This document shows positions 53,552 through 62,974 of a DNA stretch of 64,000 nucleotides, piece by piece (position 1 is the first letter of the stretch; each line of letters opens with the position of its first letter). The notes below the pieces were generated by a model that was not told the origin of the DNA, ran no database searches, and was given only the letters and a program-made list of their open reading frames with translations. Location of the stretch: the NCBI GenBank assembly GCA_041750255.1, contig JBGSZT010000054.1, positions 122 to 64,121 of the forward strand, read 5' to 3'. This DNA is from Synechocystis sp. (GTDB taxonomy: Bacteria > Cyanobacteriota > Cyanobacteriia > Cyanobacteriales > Microcystaceae). The position numbers were made by a program, and so were the translations under genes.

Positions 53552-53674
53552 GTTCTCTTACCTCCTGCCGTTAGGGAGTTTTACAACATCTACTTTGATA
53601 GTTTAGTCCAAAATCTTCAAGGGTAACTGTGCATAGCAACACATAAAATTCACGAATCAGGCCGATCGCCAATA

Positions 53675-56632
53675 TCATCGATTATCGTCGATCGCCACCA
53701 GGATCAGCGGATTTCCCGACAGGGCGGGGATTTTGCGGACATTAATCATCATCGTTTTGGGGCCTAAATGATCGAATTCATGGTCAATTCTAAAATCATT
53801 AATTTCTGTATCACTACTTAACAAATCTTCTAAGAGTGTATGGAACGCCGGAATGTTCCATTGTCCTTGACTTAGGTCAAAAACAGTACCCTGCTCGCTA
53901 TCGCGGGGAGAAACCTGGAAACGCTCATAAAACTGCTGATTGGCAGTGATGACCTGGAACTCTGAATTCAAGACCAGCAAAGAGTCATGGACGGTTTGAA
54001 TCATGGCTTCGATGTAGTCCCGCGCCTCTTGCAATTGCTGGGTGCGACGCTTGAGCTGATCGATTTCCATCAACAATACCACTGTTCCATCAATGCGGTT
54101 GTCTAGGGTACGGTAGGGACGAATTCTGAGTTCATACCAAAGTCCGTTATTATCTTGAACTTCCTGGAATGTGGGGGATAGGGTCGCCATTACCTCCAAA
54201 ATTTGCTCCTCTAGGTCGCTAATCTGGAGATTATGCTTGATATCACTGAAGGGACGACCAATATCGGCGGGGATCAGATTAAACAGAGAAACCGCCGTGG
54301 GCGTAAAGCGCCGGATGTGGAGATTTTGTTCCAACATCAATATCGGAACATTCATGCTACTGAGTAGGTTCTGAAAGTCGTTACTGACCTTGATGGTGTC
54401 GGCATTGCGGCGAAATAATTCTTCGTTAATCGTGCTCAGTTCTTCGTTGGTGGCTTGGATTTCTTCCTTGGCGGTTTGCAGTTCTTCGTTGGTGCTTTGC
54501 AGTTCTTCATTGCTGGACAAAATTTCTTCATTCGCGGCCCTTAGGTCTTGGTTGGTGGCCTGTTGCTGTCCAATGATGGATTGTAGATGGGCTTTGGTGG
54601 TTTTGAGTTCCTGCTGGAGCCGTAGGATTTCGGCTTGGTCGAGGCGGCTTTTTTCGTGGGGTGCGCCCGTAAAGTTTTGGCCATCAAGGTTGGGCCGTAA
54701 GGATCCAGGAATTTCGGTGAATACAAGAATTTCGGTGAATACAATCAAAAAACAATTGTTTGTGCCGTTGGAGAGCGTAATCGGAACGATGTCGAGGCTG
54801 ATGGAGCGAGATTGGTCTAGGGAATAAACGGTGACACCATCTTTGTGCAGAGGCTCTCCCGATTGTTTGACCTGATAGATGGCGGTGTGAAGCTCAAGGC
54901 GCAATTCTTCTTTGACCATATCCAGTAAATTCAAACTCGCATGCCCCGGCGAGGGTTCCAGGAAGGGCCCCATCTGGCCGCGAAATTGAACAATGTCGAG
55001 CTGGGCATTAATAACAACGCCCTGGGGAGCAAAGCGACTGATGATGATCTTGTCAACGGCGGCGGAGAGCTCTGCTTCTGGGGATTTGGCTTTTCCGTCC
55101 CGATATTCTGGCATTCTGTCCGGTGCCGGGTGGGGACTGCCTAGCTCTATGGGTAGAACTAAGCCTGGTAACTGTTTAGTATAAACTTTGTTTTTGCGGT
55201 CGAGGAGATGAAAAAGATTGACATAATTACCGACGGTTTCCGACGACCCCAGGAGCAGAAAGCCATTGGGTTTGAGGCTGTAGTGGAACATTGACAACAC
55301 CTTTTTCTGGAGGGCCGAGCCGAAATAAATCAGCACATTACGGCAACTGATCAGGTCAATGTGGGAAAATGGTGGGTCATTGAGCAGGTTTTGGCGGGCA
55401 AAAACGCATAATTCGCGGACATTTTTGTTGATTTGATAGCCATTGCCGATCGCATGGAAAAAACGTTGGAGGCGATCGGGCGTAATGCCATCCAACTGAC
55501 TAGCGATATAGACTCCTAGGCGGGCTTTTTTGATAATCGGTTCGCTGACATCGGTGGCAAAAATTTGGATTTGGGGTTGATGGGGCTGATCAGCCAAAAA
55601 TTCGAGCAGAGCTATGGCGATGGAGTAGGCTTCTTCGCCGCTGGAACAACCCGCCACCCAGATCCGTACAGGCACATCGGCTGGGCGATCGCGCAGAATT
55701 GCCGGAAAGACCTGGGCTTTTAAGAGCTCAAAGGCATCGGTATCTCGAAAAAAACTGGTGACGTGGATTAATAATTCTTCGTAGAGGGCTTCAATTTCCT
55801 CGGGCTGTTTTTCCAGATATTGGATATAGTCCTCTAGTTTTTCGAGGCGGTAGAGGGCCATGCGCCGTAGGATGCGCCGTTGTAGAGTCGTGTGCTTGTA
55901 TTGAGCAAAATCTAGCCCAAAGACGGTGCGAAGCAGAGCAAAAATAGTGGAGAGAGCATCCCCATCTTGACCGACGATGGCATTTTCTAGTCGGTCTGTA
56001 GGTTGGGTAACGTAGGGATGCCGACTAATTTTGGCGAGTTCGGCCGCAATTCCCTCCGGTGGCAAAACAAAATCCACCTGCCCAGTGGCGATCGCCGTAT
56101 GGGGCATTCCTGTCACCTGGGCCGACAATTCTGACTGAGCAAAGGTAATCCCCCCAGCGGCCTTGATGGCTTCGAGCCCTTGGGCGCCATCGGTATCCCC
56201 GCCGGACAAGACCACGCCAATGGATTTATTGCCCCACTCCTGGGCCAAGGAATTAAAAAATAGATCTACTGTTTTAACCATCTTGGTGCCCAGACCCCGG
56301 GGTTCCAGGTGCAACGTATTCTGCCGGAGCGTCATCACCGTATCCGACGGAATAACGTAGACCTGATTGGGCGAAACGGTCATCCCCTCCTGGGCTTCCC
56401 ACACCGGCATGGAAGTGGTTCGAGCCAAAATTTCACTCAGCAAACTTTTTTGGCGCGGGTCTAGGTGTTGGACGAGGACAAAGGCCATCCCCGTATCCGT
56501 GGGCAAATGATTGAGCAGTAAAGTAAAAGCCTCTAAGCCTCCGGCCGACGCCCCAATACCCACCATCGGGAATGAATTCGAGGGTTGTAGAGAGTCTGAG
56601 GGAGGGGATTTAGAAGACTTCTTGGCAGACAT
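53675..56632 (-). CDS. CheB-CheR fusion with coiled coil and two PAS domains
   Basis: CheB triad motifs GASAGG, VQH, LSG..TDG; CheR motifs WVAGCSSGEEAYS, ATD, ISCRNVLIYF; EELQSTNEEL coil; PAS-PAS C-terminus. Confidence 0.93.
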   Translation of the reverse strand: MSAKKSSKSPPSDSLQPSNSFPMVGIGASAGGLEAFTLLLNHLPTDTGMAFVLVQHLDPRQKSLLSEILARTTSMPVWEAQEGMTVSPNQVYVIPSDTVMTLRQNTLHLEPRGLGTKMVKTVDLFFNSLAQEWGNKSIGVVLSGGDTDGAQGLEAIKAAGGITFAQSELSAQVTGMPHTAIATGQVDFVLPPEGIAAELAKISRHPYVTQPTDRLENAIVGQDGDALSTIFALLRTVFGLDFAQYKHTTLQRRILRRMALYRLEKLEDYIQYLEKQPEEIEALYEELLIHVTSFFRDTDAFELLKAQVFPAILRDRPADVPVRIWVAGCSSGEEAYSIAIALLEFLADQPHQPQIQIFATDVSEPIIKKARLGVYIASQLDGITPDRLQRFFHAIGNGYQINKNVRELCVFARQNLLNDPPFSHIDLISCRNVLIYFGSALQKKVLSMFHYSLKPNGFLLLGSSETVGNYVNLFHLLDRKNKVYTKQLPGLVLPIELGSPHPAPDRMPEYRDGKAKSPEAELSAAVDKIIISRFAPQGVVINAQLDIVQFRGQMGPFLEPSPGHASLNLLDMVKEELRLELHTAIYQVKQSGEPLHKDGVTVYSLDQSRSISLDIVPITLSNGTNNCFLIVFTEILVFTEIPGSLRPNLDGQNFTGAPHEKSRLDQAEILRLQQELKTTKAHLQSIIGQQQATNQDLRAANEEILSSNEELQSTNEELQTAKEEIQATNEELSTINEELFRRNADTIKVSNDFQNLLSSMNVPILMLEQNLHIRRFTPTAVSLFNLIPADIGRPFSDIKHNLQISDLEEQILEVMATLSPTFQEVQDNNGLWYELRIRPYRTLDNRIDGTVVLLMEIDQLKRRTQQLQEARDYIEAMIQTVHDSLLVLNSEFQVITANQQFYERFQVSPRDSEQGTVFDLSQGQWNIPAFHTLLEDLLSSDTEINDFRIDHEFDHLGPKTMMINVRKIPALSGNPLILVAIDDNR
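54709..54744. repeat. Exact 18-bp tandem duplication inside the CheB-CheR gene
   Basis: GAATTTCGGTGAATACAA twice; protein VFTEIL-VFTEIP. Confidence 0.9.
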
Positions 56633-56987
56633 TATGTATTGGGAACGGTAGAGAACTGATTTTTCAGTTTAGATGATTTTTGTTGGCTTCACAGAAAAGT
56701 CACGATATTTATATATAAAGGATATAAAGGTTAATGGACAGTTAAAGTGAGCCTGATTTTGGCTAAACCAACTGTAAATAAATTTGGCGTTAATAACATT
56801 TTCCCGCGTTATAAGGGGTTGCTACATCTTTCGTCTCCCCCGAAAAAGAAGTTTGATCCTCTTCTGATGTCAAGAATGATTAAATATTCAGGCAGTGATT
56901 TAGCTGTTTTTTAGTTACAAAAACCCTTGTTATTTCCCCATCGCCTGGGTTTCATCGAGTCTACATTCTCACACCAAACACTGAACC

Positions 56988-57617
56988 ATGGCCTATACAA
57001 TCGTCAATTTGACCTTGAAGTTATTGGAGCGAGAAATTGAAGATTTTCTTTGGGATTATCCTCCCAATCATCCCTACAGAATGGTTTGCTCTGTCCCCTA
57101 TCTTCATAATAAATTAGTGGCAACGGTTTTGAGTCGAGTTCCCAATCGCTATTGTGTTGTCGAGGAGACTAATTTTTCTGTTGGTGAAGTTGGTTTTTAC
57201 CAATCTTTGTTGGAAGAACGTATCTTGATTGAAGATAGGATTCGTGCGGCGATTCCAGAGCTAGTACAAAAAGAGGGACTTATGGCGGCGAAATTGGGCG
57301 AAATCGAGGTGGATTCTCCCCACGCCTGGTGGCTCAAGATTCATACTGCCACTCCCTGCGTTACCTATCATTTTGGCCCCTTTGCCAGCCACGAAGAGGC
57401 GAAGTTGAATTATTGGGGGTATTTAGAGGATTTGCTCCGGGAGCAAGCGGAGGGTATTTCCTTTGAGGTGAGGCAAGGTCAACCCACGGTTTTAACCCAG
57501 GAGGGGAATCAGGATTGGTCGGAGACCGTGGCTTCTTTTTCTGCCTCCCCGACGTCTCGCTTCACTCCTGCCAGTCCAGTAATGAGCGAATCTGCTGGAG
57601 TAGGTCTGAGGCCTTGA
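56988..57617 (+). CDS. CdgR/ComFB-like N-terminal domain fused to DUF1816
   Basis: N-term NLTL..LEREIE...YP..HPY.....P.L..KLVA.VLSRVPNRY......LEER..IE; C-term AWWLKI.T..P..TYHFGPF.S..EA.....GYLEDL..E.A.GI. Confidence 0.7.
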   Translation: MAYTIVNLTLKLLEREIEDFLWDYPPNHPYRMVCSVPYLHNKLVATVLSRVPNRYCVVEETNFSVGEVGFYQSLLEERILIEDRIRAAIPELVQKEGLMAAKLGEIEVDSPHAWWLKIHTATPCVTYHFGPFASHEEAKLNYWGYLEDLLREQAEGISFEVRQGQPTVLTQEGNQDWSETVASFSASPTSRFTPASPVMSESAGVGLRP

Positions 57618-57936
57618 AGGGTTTGAGGATCATACCGGCGATCGCCTGATTTTTGCAGTAGTCTTGCATATTGGCCTTGGCGGTGAGAAAAATAACGGGA
57701 ATGGGGCATGTTTCAGGATTGGTTTTGAGAGCAGTCAGGGTACTTAGCCCGTCCATACCCGGCATCATCACATCTAGCAGGATGGCATCGGGATGAAGTG
57801 CCTGGGCCAGTTCTGCTCCTTGACAACCAGAATTGGCCGTCCAAACTTCCCATTTGGTCAGGGCCTTGAGGGCAATTTGTACAATTTTACAAATGCCGGG
57901 GTCGTCGTCAATAATCAGTACTCGTTTGGTGGTCAT
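57562..57936 (-). CDS. Single-domain response regulator (CheY/RcaF-like)
   Basis: VLIIDDD, ILLDVMMPGMDG, FLTAK, KPF; overlaps the kinase stop. Confidence 0.93.
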   Translation of the reverse strand: MTTKRVLIIDDDPGICKIVQIALKALTKWEVWTANSGCQGAELAQALHPDAILLDVMMPGMDGLSTLTALKTNPETCPIPVIFLTAKANMQDYCKNQAIAGMILKPFKASDLLQQIRSLLDWQE

Positions 57937-60433
57937 AGCTGGGGTTTAGGGGTAGGGTGAAATAAAAATTCGTGCCTTGGCCAAGGTTACTTTCGGCCCA
58001 AATACGGCCGCCATGGCGTTCGACCACGTTGCGACAGAGGGCTAAGCCCAGACCAATACCTTCTTTGGCGCGGATGTCAGAGCTATCGGCTTGGTGGAAA
58101 CGCTCAAAAATAGTATCCATGCATTGAGGGGTGATGCCCCTGCCTTGGTCCGCAATCTTGAAGAGAACAACATTGCGTTTTGGCCCGAGGGGATGCTCGT
58201 CGATGGCAAAACAAACTGCTATTTCAACCGTGCAGTTGGGTTCTGAAAACTTGATGGCATTGCTGAGCAGGTTGATCAAAACTTGCCCCAGGCGATCAGG
58301 GTCGGCCCAAATGTAATCGACTACGATTGAGGTCTGGAGATGAATGTGTGCCTGGCTGGCCATGTCGGCTAAGGCGGCGATCACCGTTTGGACGATAGTT
58401 TGCGGGTCGCATTTTTGTTTTTTGATGACAATCTGGCCGGCTTCGAGGCGTTCTAGGTCGAGGATGTCGTTGACGAGGCGAACCAGACGGTCGATCCCTT
58501 GCATCGCAATGCCGGTCACCATTCGACTGTCCTGGGGACTAAGGTCGAGATTGACGTCACTAAGTAGACTCAGGGAGGATTGAAGATAGGTTAAAGGAGT
58601 ACGGAGTTCGTGGCTGACGATGGACATAAACTCAGATTTGAGCCGCTCTAGGTGGTAGCGTTCGGTGATATCTCGACCAATACTAATGACGCCAATGGCC
58701 TCACCGTTGGTATTATTGAGGACGGTATTGTGCCAGCTAATCATGTGTTCTTGCCGGGATGGGGTGACCAGGACTTCTTCGATGTAGTCGGGGAATTGGG
58801 TCTGAAGGGCTTGAGTAAAGGATTGGTAAATTCTGGCCTGGCGATCAGGGGAAATAAAGGTTTCAAACCAGGATTGACCGATAATATCGTCGCCTTTGAC
58901 CTGGGCTACTTTTTCAAAAAAAGGATTAACGTAGCGGATCTTGCCCTGCTGGTCTACTTCTACCACTAACATTTGAATTTGATGGAGCAGAGAGCGCCAG
59001 CGCCGGTTAAATTCCTTGAGGGCGGATTCATTTTCCTTGCGTTCTGTAATATCTTGGAAGACGCCGACCACACCAATGATTTTGCCAGACCCATCGCGTA
59101 GAGGTGCTTTATGGGTTTCTATGTGCCGCTTTACGCCATTGGGAAGGGTGATTGTTTCTTGGATCGCTAGTTTTGGTTCTCCCGATGTCATCACCTCTTC
59201 GTCGTCCCGACGATAGGCGATCGCCTCAGACTTTGACGAGACAAGATCAAATTCACTGATTCCGACCCCGAGATCAAAATCAGATTTACCGACAATCTCC
59301 GCCGGTGAGGATAGTCCCATGGCCATCGATAATCGTTGATTACACCCGAGGAATCTAGACTCCCGGTCTTTCCAGAACAATGGCAATGGCATGGTATCCA
59401 GCAATGTCTGAATAAACTGCTCAGAATTGGATAAAGCCTGTTCTGTTTCTTGATGCTCAGTAATATCCGTCACCATCTGTAATCGCCCCAAATAGTGATG
59501 CTGGGAGTCGAATATCGATGTAACCGAGACGAGCGCCCAGAGGGTCGAGCCATCCCGATGATAAAAGCGGCAATTTTGCCGATGAATACATCCTTCCTTT
59601 TCTTGACAGGTCGAGTCTAATTTCAAATCAGCTAGGCTATCGGGGTTGATAAAATCCTGGAAGGGTTTTCCCTCCATTTCTGCCACCGAGTAGCCCAACA
59701 TCTTGGCCATGGCCAGATTGACCATAACCGTATTGCCCTGGGGGTCGGTTTGCCAAATCCCCTCACTGGCGGTATCGATGACATTTTTATAGTTTTTTTT
59801 GGTGAGGCTGAGTTTTTTTTGTAGGGCCTGGTGCTGGCTCAATCCTTCTAACAGGTAATGATAGGAGGTATCTAGGTCTGAGCGTTGTTTTTTGATTTGG
59901 TTTTCTAGGTCTAGATTAGCCTGATATAACTTTTGTTCAATCTCTTTGCGCTCAGTAATATCGAGGCCAATTCCCTTCATACCGATGGGGTTTCCCTGGG
60001 CATCGTAAATAAGTTCTGCCCGCACACTATGGAAGCGAACTCGACCATCGGGTAAGCAAGTGCGGTGTTCACTGGCAAAGGGTTGACCATTTAATGCTTG
60101 GTCGATTTCGCTTAGGACTCTATCCTTGTCGTCGGGATGGAGGAGACTGACAAAAAGATTGAAATCAACGGGGTCGGTGGCAGAAAGACCAGAGAGCCGT
60201 CGTAATTCCTCTGACCACCAGACTTCATTGGTTATTTTGTTCCAATACCAATGGCCAACCTTGGCCAGGCGTTGGATGTCGGCGAGGAGAATTTCGTAGG
60301 ACTCTAGGCTATCGAGATCGGGTCGAGGATGGTTTAAAGATGGTGGCCGTCGGAGTTTCAATTCAGCATTTTCCCGTCGTAATGCCTTGAGCTCCTCAAT
60401 CAGTTCTGTTTTTTTTTTGCGGCGATCATTCAT
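57908..60433 (-). CDS. Cytoplasmic multi-PAS (four PAS/PAC) histidine kinase
   Basis: PAS/PAC ends DITERK, DITEHQ, DITERK, DITERY; H-box VSHELRTPLT; NLLSNAIKFS, DQGRGI, GLGLA; no TM segment or GAF seen. Confidence 0.93.
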   Translation of the reverse strand: MNDRRKKKTELIEELKALRRENAELKLRRPPSLNHPRPDLDSLESYEILLADIQRLAKVGHWYWNKITNEVWWSEELRRLSGLSATDPVDFNLFVSLLHPDDKDRVLSEIDQALNGQPFASEHRTCLPDGRVRFHSVRAELIYDAQGNPIGMKGIGLDITERKEIEQKLYQANLDLENQIKKQRSDLDTSYHYLLEGLSQHQALQKKLSLTKKNYKNVIDTASEGIWQTDPQGNTVMVNLAMAKMLGYSVAEMEGKPFQDFINPDSLADLKLDSTCQEKEGCIHRQNCRFYHRDGSTLWALVSVTSIFDSQHHYLGRLQMVTDITEHQETEQALSNSEQFIQTLLDTMPLPLFWKDRESRFLGCNQRLSMAMGLSSPAEIVGKSDFDLGVGISEFDLVSSKSEAIAYRRDDEEVMTSGEPKLAIQETITLPNGVKRHIETHKAPLRDGSGKIIGVVGVFQDITERKENESALKEFNRRWRSLLHQIQMLVVEVDQQGKIRYVNPFFEKVAQVKGDDIIGQSWFETFISPDRQARIYQSFTQALQTQFPDYIEEVLVTPSRQEHMISWHNTVLNNTNGEAIGVISIGRDITERYHLERLKSEFMSIVSHELRTPLTYLQSSLSLLSDVNLDLSPQDSRMVTGIAMQGIDRLVRLVNDILDLERLEAGQIVIKKQKCDPQTIVQTVIAALADMASQAHIHLQTSIVVDYIWADPDRLGQVLINLLSNAIKFSEPNCTVEIAVCFAIDEHPLGPKRNVVLFKIADQGRGITPQCMDTIFERFHQADSSDIRAKEGIGLGLALCRNVVERHGGRIWAESNLGQGTNFYFTLPLNPSYDHQTSTDY

Positions 60434-60469
60434 AGACCAGTTTCCAATTTATCAATGAGTAAAGATTCC

Positions 60470-62974
60470 TTAAACAGCCGGTAGGACTTGATTGCGCCCG
60501 TGGCTTTTGGCTCGATAGAGGGCGGTATCAGCGGCTTGATACAAGCTTTGCAAATCATCACCATCCTCTGGAAACTGGGCAATGCCGGCGCTAAGACTAA
60601 TCTGGAGTGGATTTTCGTCTTTGCCCATGATTTGATGTTGACTAAAACGATGGCTTAATTCGGTCAGGCGTTGTAGCCCGCTTAATTTGTTGATGCCGTA
60701 CATAGCCACCAAAAATTCATCTCCGCCCCAGCGTCCCACCACATCTTCGCGCCGAAAGAGTTGGTTGAGCAGTTGCCCCAGGTAGCGCAAAACTTGATCG
60801 CCAACGTCGTGGCCATGCTGGTCATTAATGCGCTTAAAAAAGTCTAGGTCTAAAATGCTAAAGCTGAGGGGTTGTTTTTGTCGTTTGGCCAGGTAAAGCA
60901 GTTGGGTCAAGTCTTGCAGAAGTTTACGCCGTAGACTCACCCCCGTCAATTCGTCGATATCGGCTAAGGTCCACAGCTTGCGTTGTTGCAGCCGGGCCTG
61001 AATATGATTCAAAAGCTCGTCTCCATTGATCGGTTTTTTGAGAAAATCATCGGCGCCGGCACTGATGCCGTCTTGAATGGTTTTGAGGTCGGTGTGGACC
61101 GAGAGGAAGATAACCGGCAAACGATTCCAGTGGGGGTCACTGCGAATAATTTTGCAGAGGTCGATGCCATTGAGGGGAGAAACCAAAACATCATCATGGC
61201 CAGAGCCATTACCATTGGTGGTGTAAGGAGCGAGTTTCAGGCGATCGCCGAGTTCAATATCCAGAATCAATAATTCCGGGGTCGATTGCTCTAGCACCTC
61301 CCAAAAATGGTTGGGCTGATCGAGTAGGGTCAATTGATAGCCGTGGGGTTTTAGCAAGGTTTCGATGCAATGCAATAAATCCGGGTCATCATCCACCACC
61401 ATCAAGCGAGCATTTTTGAGATTATTGGATTGCAACATCTGGGTGGCGGTGGTCAAAATCTGAAAGGAGCTGAGGGGTTTGGAGAGGAAACATTGACACC
61501 CCAGCCGTGATGCTTCGATGCGGGAGGTCATGGTATTTTCCGTTGTCAAGATCATCACCGGAATTTCGGGGTGTTGAGCCTGCAAGTGCCCCAAAAACTT
61601 CAATCCCGTTTTGCCCAGATTGGGGAAATTCAAATCCAGGATAATCAGTTGAGGGAGTTGTTTTTTGAGATAGGCCTTGGCTTGTGCGAGCTGGGTAGCC
61701 ATTTCTAGCTCAATGCCCCAGGTCACGGCCTCCGCTACCACGGTTTCAGCGAATAAAAAATCATTATCTACAATCAGTAGGCCCCGATAGAGGGTAGATT
61801 CCCCCAGGGATATGGGCGGAGACACCACCGTCAAGGACGGCAAGCCATCCACGCTAAAGCATTTTTCTAACTCTCGGCTCAGCTCCTGGAGTTGGTCGAT
61901 ATCCACCGGATCTAGTTGCTCTTTACTGCGAAAAATCGTCTGGATTTGCAAAGAAATCTGGGACGCATCTTCTAGCCCAAAGGAGCCGAGGGAACCGATC
62001 AGGGTATGGATTTCGGCTTCGGCCTCCTGGCGTTGGTCGGCACTCAGACTGCCCTCGTTCCGCAACCGCTGAATCGCCATTTTCACCACCAAAAAACGAT
62101 GGTAGTAAGCGTGTCTGCACTCCAACCAGGCTTGGCAGAGTTCGGGGGAAAAGGAAATATCGTGACTCAAGTCTTGGAGTTCGGGGTCGTTGCCCTCGGG
62201 GCTAGATACAACAAGGCTTCTATAGTCTTTGAGGCGATAGCCTAATTTATAGACGGTTTCTAAAATATTCTCACAGCCCGCTTCTTTGAGTTTTTTTCTC
62301 AGCCCTTTGATGTGGGAACGCACCGCTCCTTCGCTGGGATATTGCTCCGAAGTCCAGAGACGATCAAGCAACTGGCTCGAGCTAAAAATTCGGTCAGGAT
62401 TTCGCAAAAACAATTCCAGTATTTCGTATTCCTTTGAGGCCAAGGGAACCATGTGCTCGGCGTAGGTGACCTCACAGGTATTGGGGTTCAGGCGCAATTG
62501 TTCATAGGTCAAGATTGGCGATCGACTGCCTTTACTACGGCGCAGTAGGGCGCGGATACGAGCCAATAATTCTTCAATGACAAAGGGCTTAATCACATAG
62601 TCATCGGCGCCAGCATCCAAGCCAATTATCTTATTATTTACCTCGTCTAACGCTGTCATCAAAAGTACCGGAGTGTCTCGGTTCAGATTAAGAACAGTAG
62701 AATTATTACTCCGGAGTTGCTTACAAAAATTGATGCCATCTAGCACCGGCAACATCAAGTCAAGCAAAATAATGTCGTAGGGATAGGATTCAGCCAAATT
62801 CCAACCCATTCGGCCGTCGGAGGCCAGCTCAACCTGATAGTTTTTTTTCACTAATATGTCCTGGAGAAGTTTAGCGAGTTCTTGATCGTCTTCAACACAA
62901 AGAATTTTCACAGGCGTAAGAAATAAGGGTTTAAAGTTTGGCGAATTGTGGTAAATATCATCGAATTTGATCAA
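60470..62974 (-). CDS. RcaC-like multidomain regulator: REC-OmpR wHTH-Hpt-REC-REC-GGDEF
   Basis: REC1 LLDLMLP; wHTH ending ETVYKLGYRL; Hpt HTLIGSLGSFG; REC2 ILDLNFP; REC3 ILDIE; GGDEF RREDVVGRWGGDEF. Confidence 0.92.
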   Translation of the reverse strand: MIKFDDIYHNSPNFKPLFLTPVKILCVEDDQELAKLLQDILVKKNYQVELASDGRMGWNLAESYPYDIILLDLMLPVLDGINFCKQLRSNNSTVLNLNRDTPVLLMTALDEVNNKIIGLDAGADDYVIKPFVIEELLARIRALLRRSKGSRSPILTYEQLRLNPNTCEVTYAEHMVPLASKEYEILELFLRNPDRIFSSSQLLDRLWTSEQYPSEGAVRSHIKGLRKKLKEAGCENILETVYKLGYRLKDYRSLVVSSPEGNDPELQDLSHDISFSPELCQAWLECRHAYYHRFLVVKMAIQRLRNEGSLSADQRQEAEAEIHTLIGSLGSFGLEDASQISLQIQTIFRSKEQLDPVDIDQLQELSRELEKCFSVDGLPSLTVVSPPISLGESTLYRGLLIVDNDFLFAETVVAEAVTWGIELEMATQLAQAKAYLKKQLPQLIILDLNFPNLGKTGLKFLGHLQAQHPEIPVMILTTENTMTSRIEASRLGCQCFLSKPLSSFQILTTATQMLQSNNLKNARLMVVDDDPDLLHCIETLLKPHGYQLTLLDQPNHFWEVLEQSTPELLILDIELGDRLKLAPYTTNGNGSGHDDVLVSPLNGIDLCKIIRSDPHWNRLPVIFLSVHTDLKTIQDGISAGADDFLKKPINGDELLNHIQARLQQRKLWTLADIDELTGVSLRRKLLQDLTQLLYLAKRQKQPLSFSILDLDFFKRINDQHGHDVGDQVLRYLGQLLNQLFRREDVVGRWGGDEFLVAMYGINKLSGLQRLTELSHRFSQHQIMGKDENPLQISLSAGIAQFPEDGDDLQSLYQAADTALYRAKSHGRNQVLPAV

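Noticed and set aside
59561-59578. QNCRFY in the multi-PAS kinase resembling the LOV motif GRNCRFLQ
   Set aside because: It lies in the PAC strand position (before HRDGS..W), not in the LOV flavin-binding helix, and other LOV residues are missing
52106-62974. Signalling cluster as a recent horizontally acquired island
   Set aside because: HIP1 sites occur inside it (e.g. near 55685, 56085, 58375, 59215, 61240), and no integrase, tRNA or flanking direct repeats are visible
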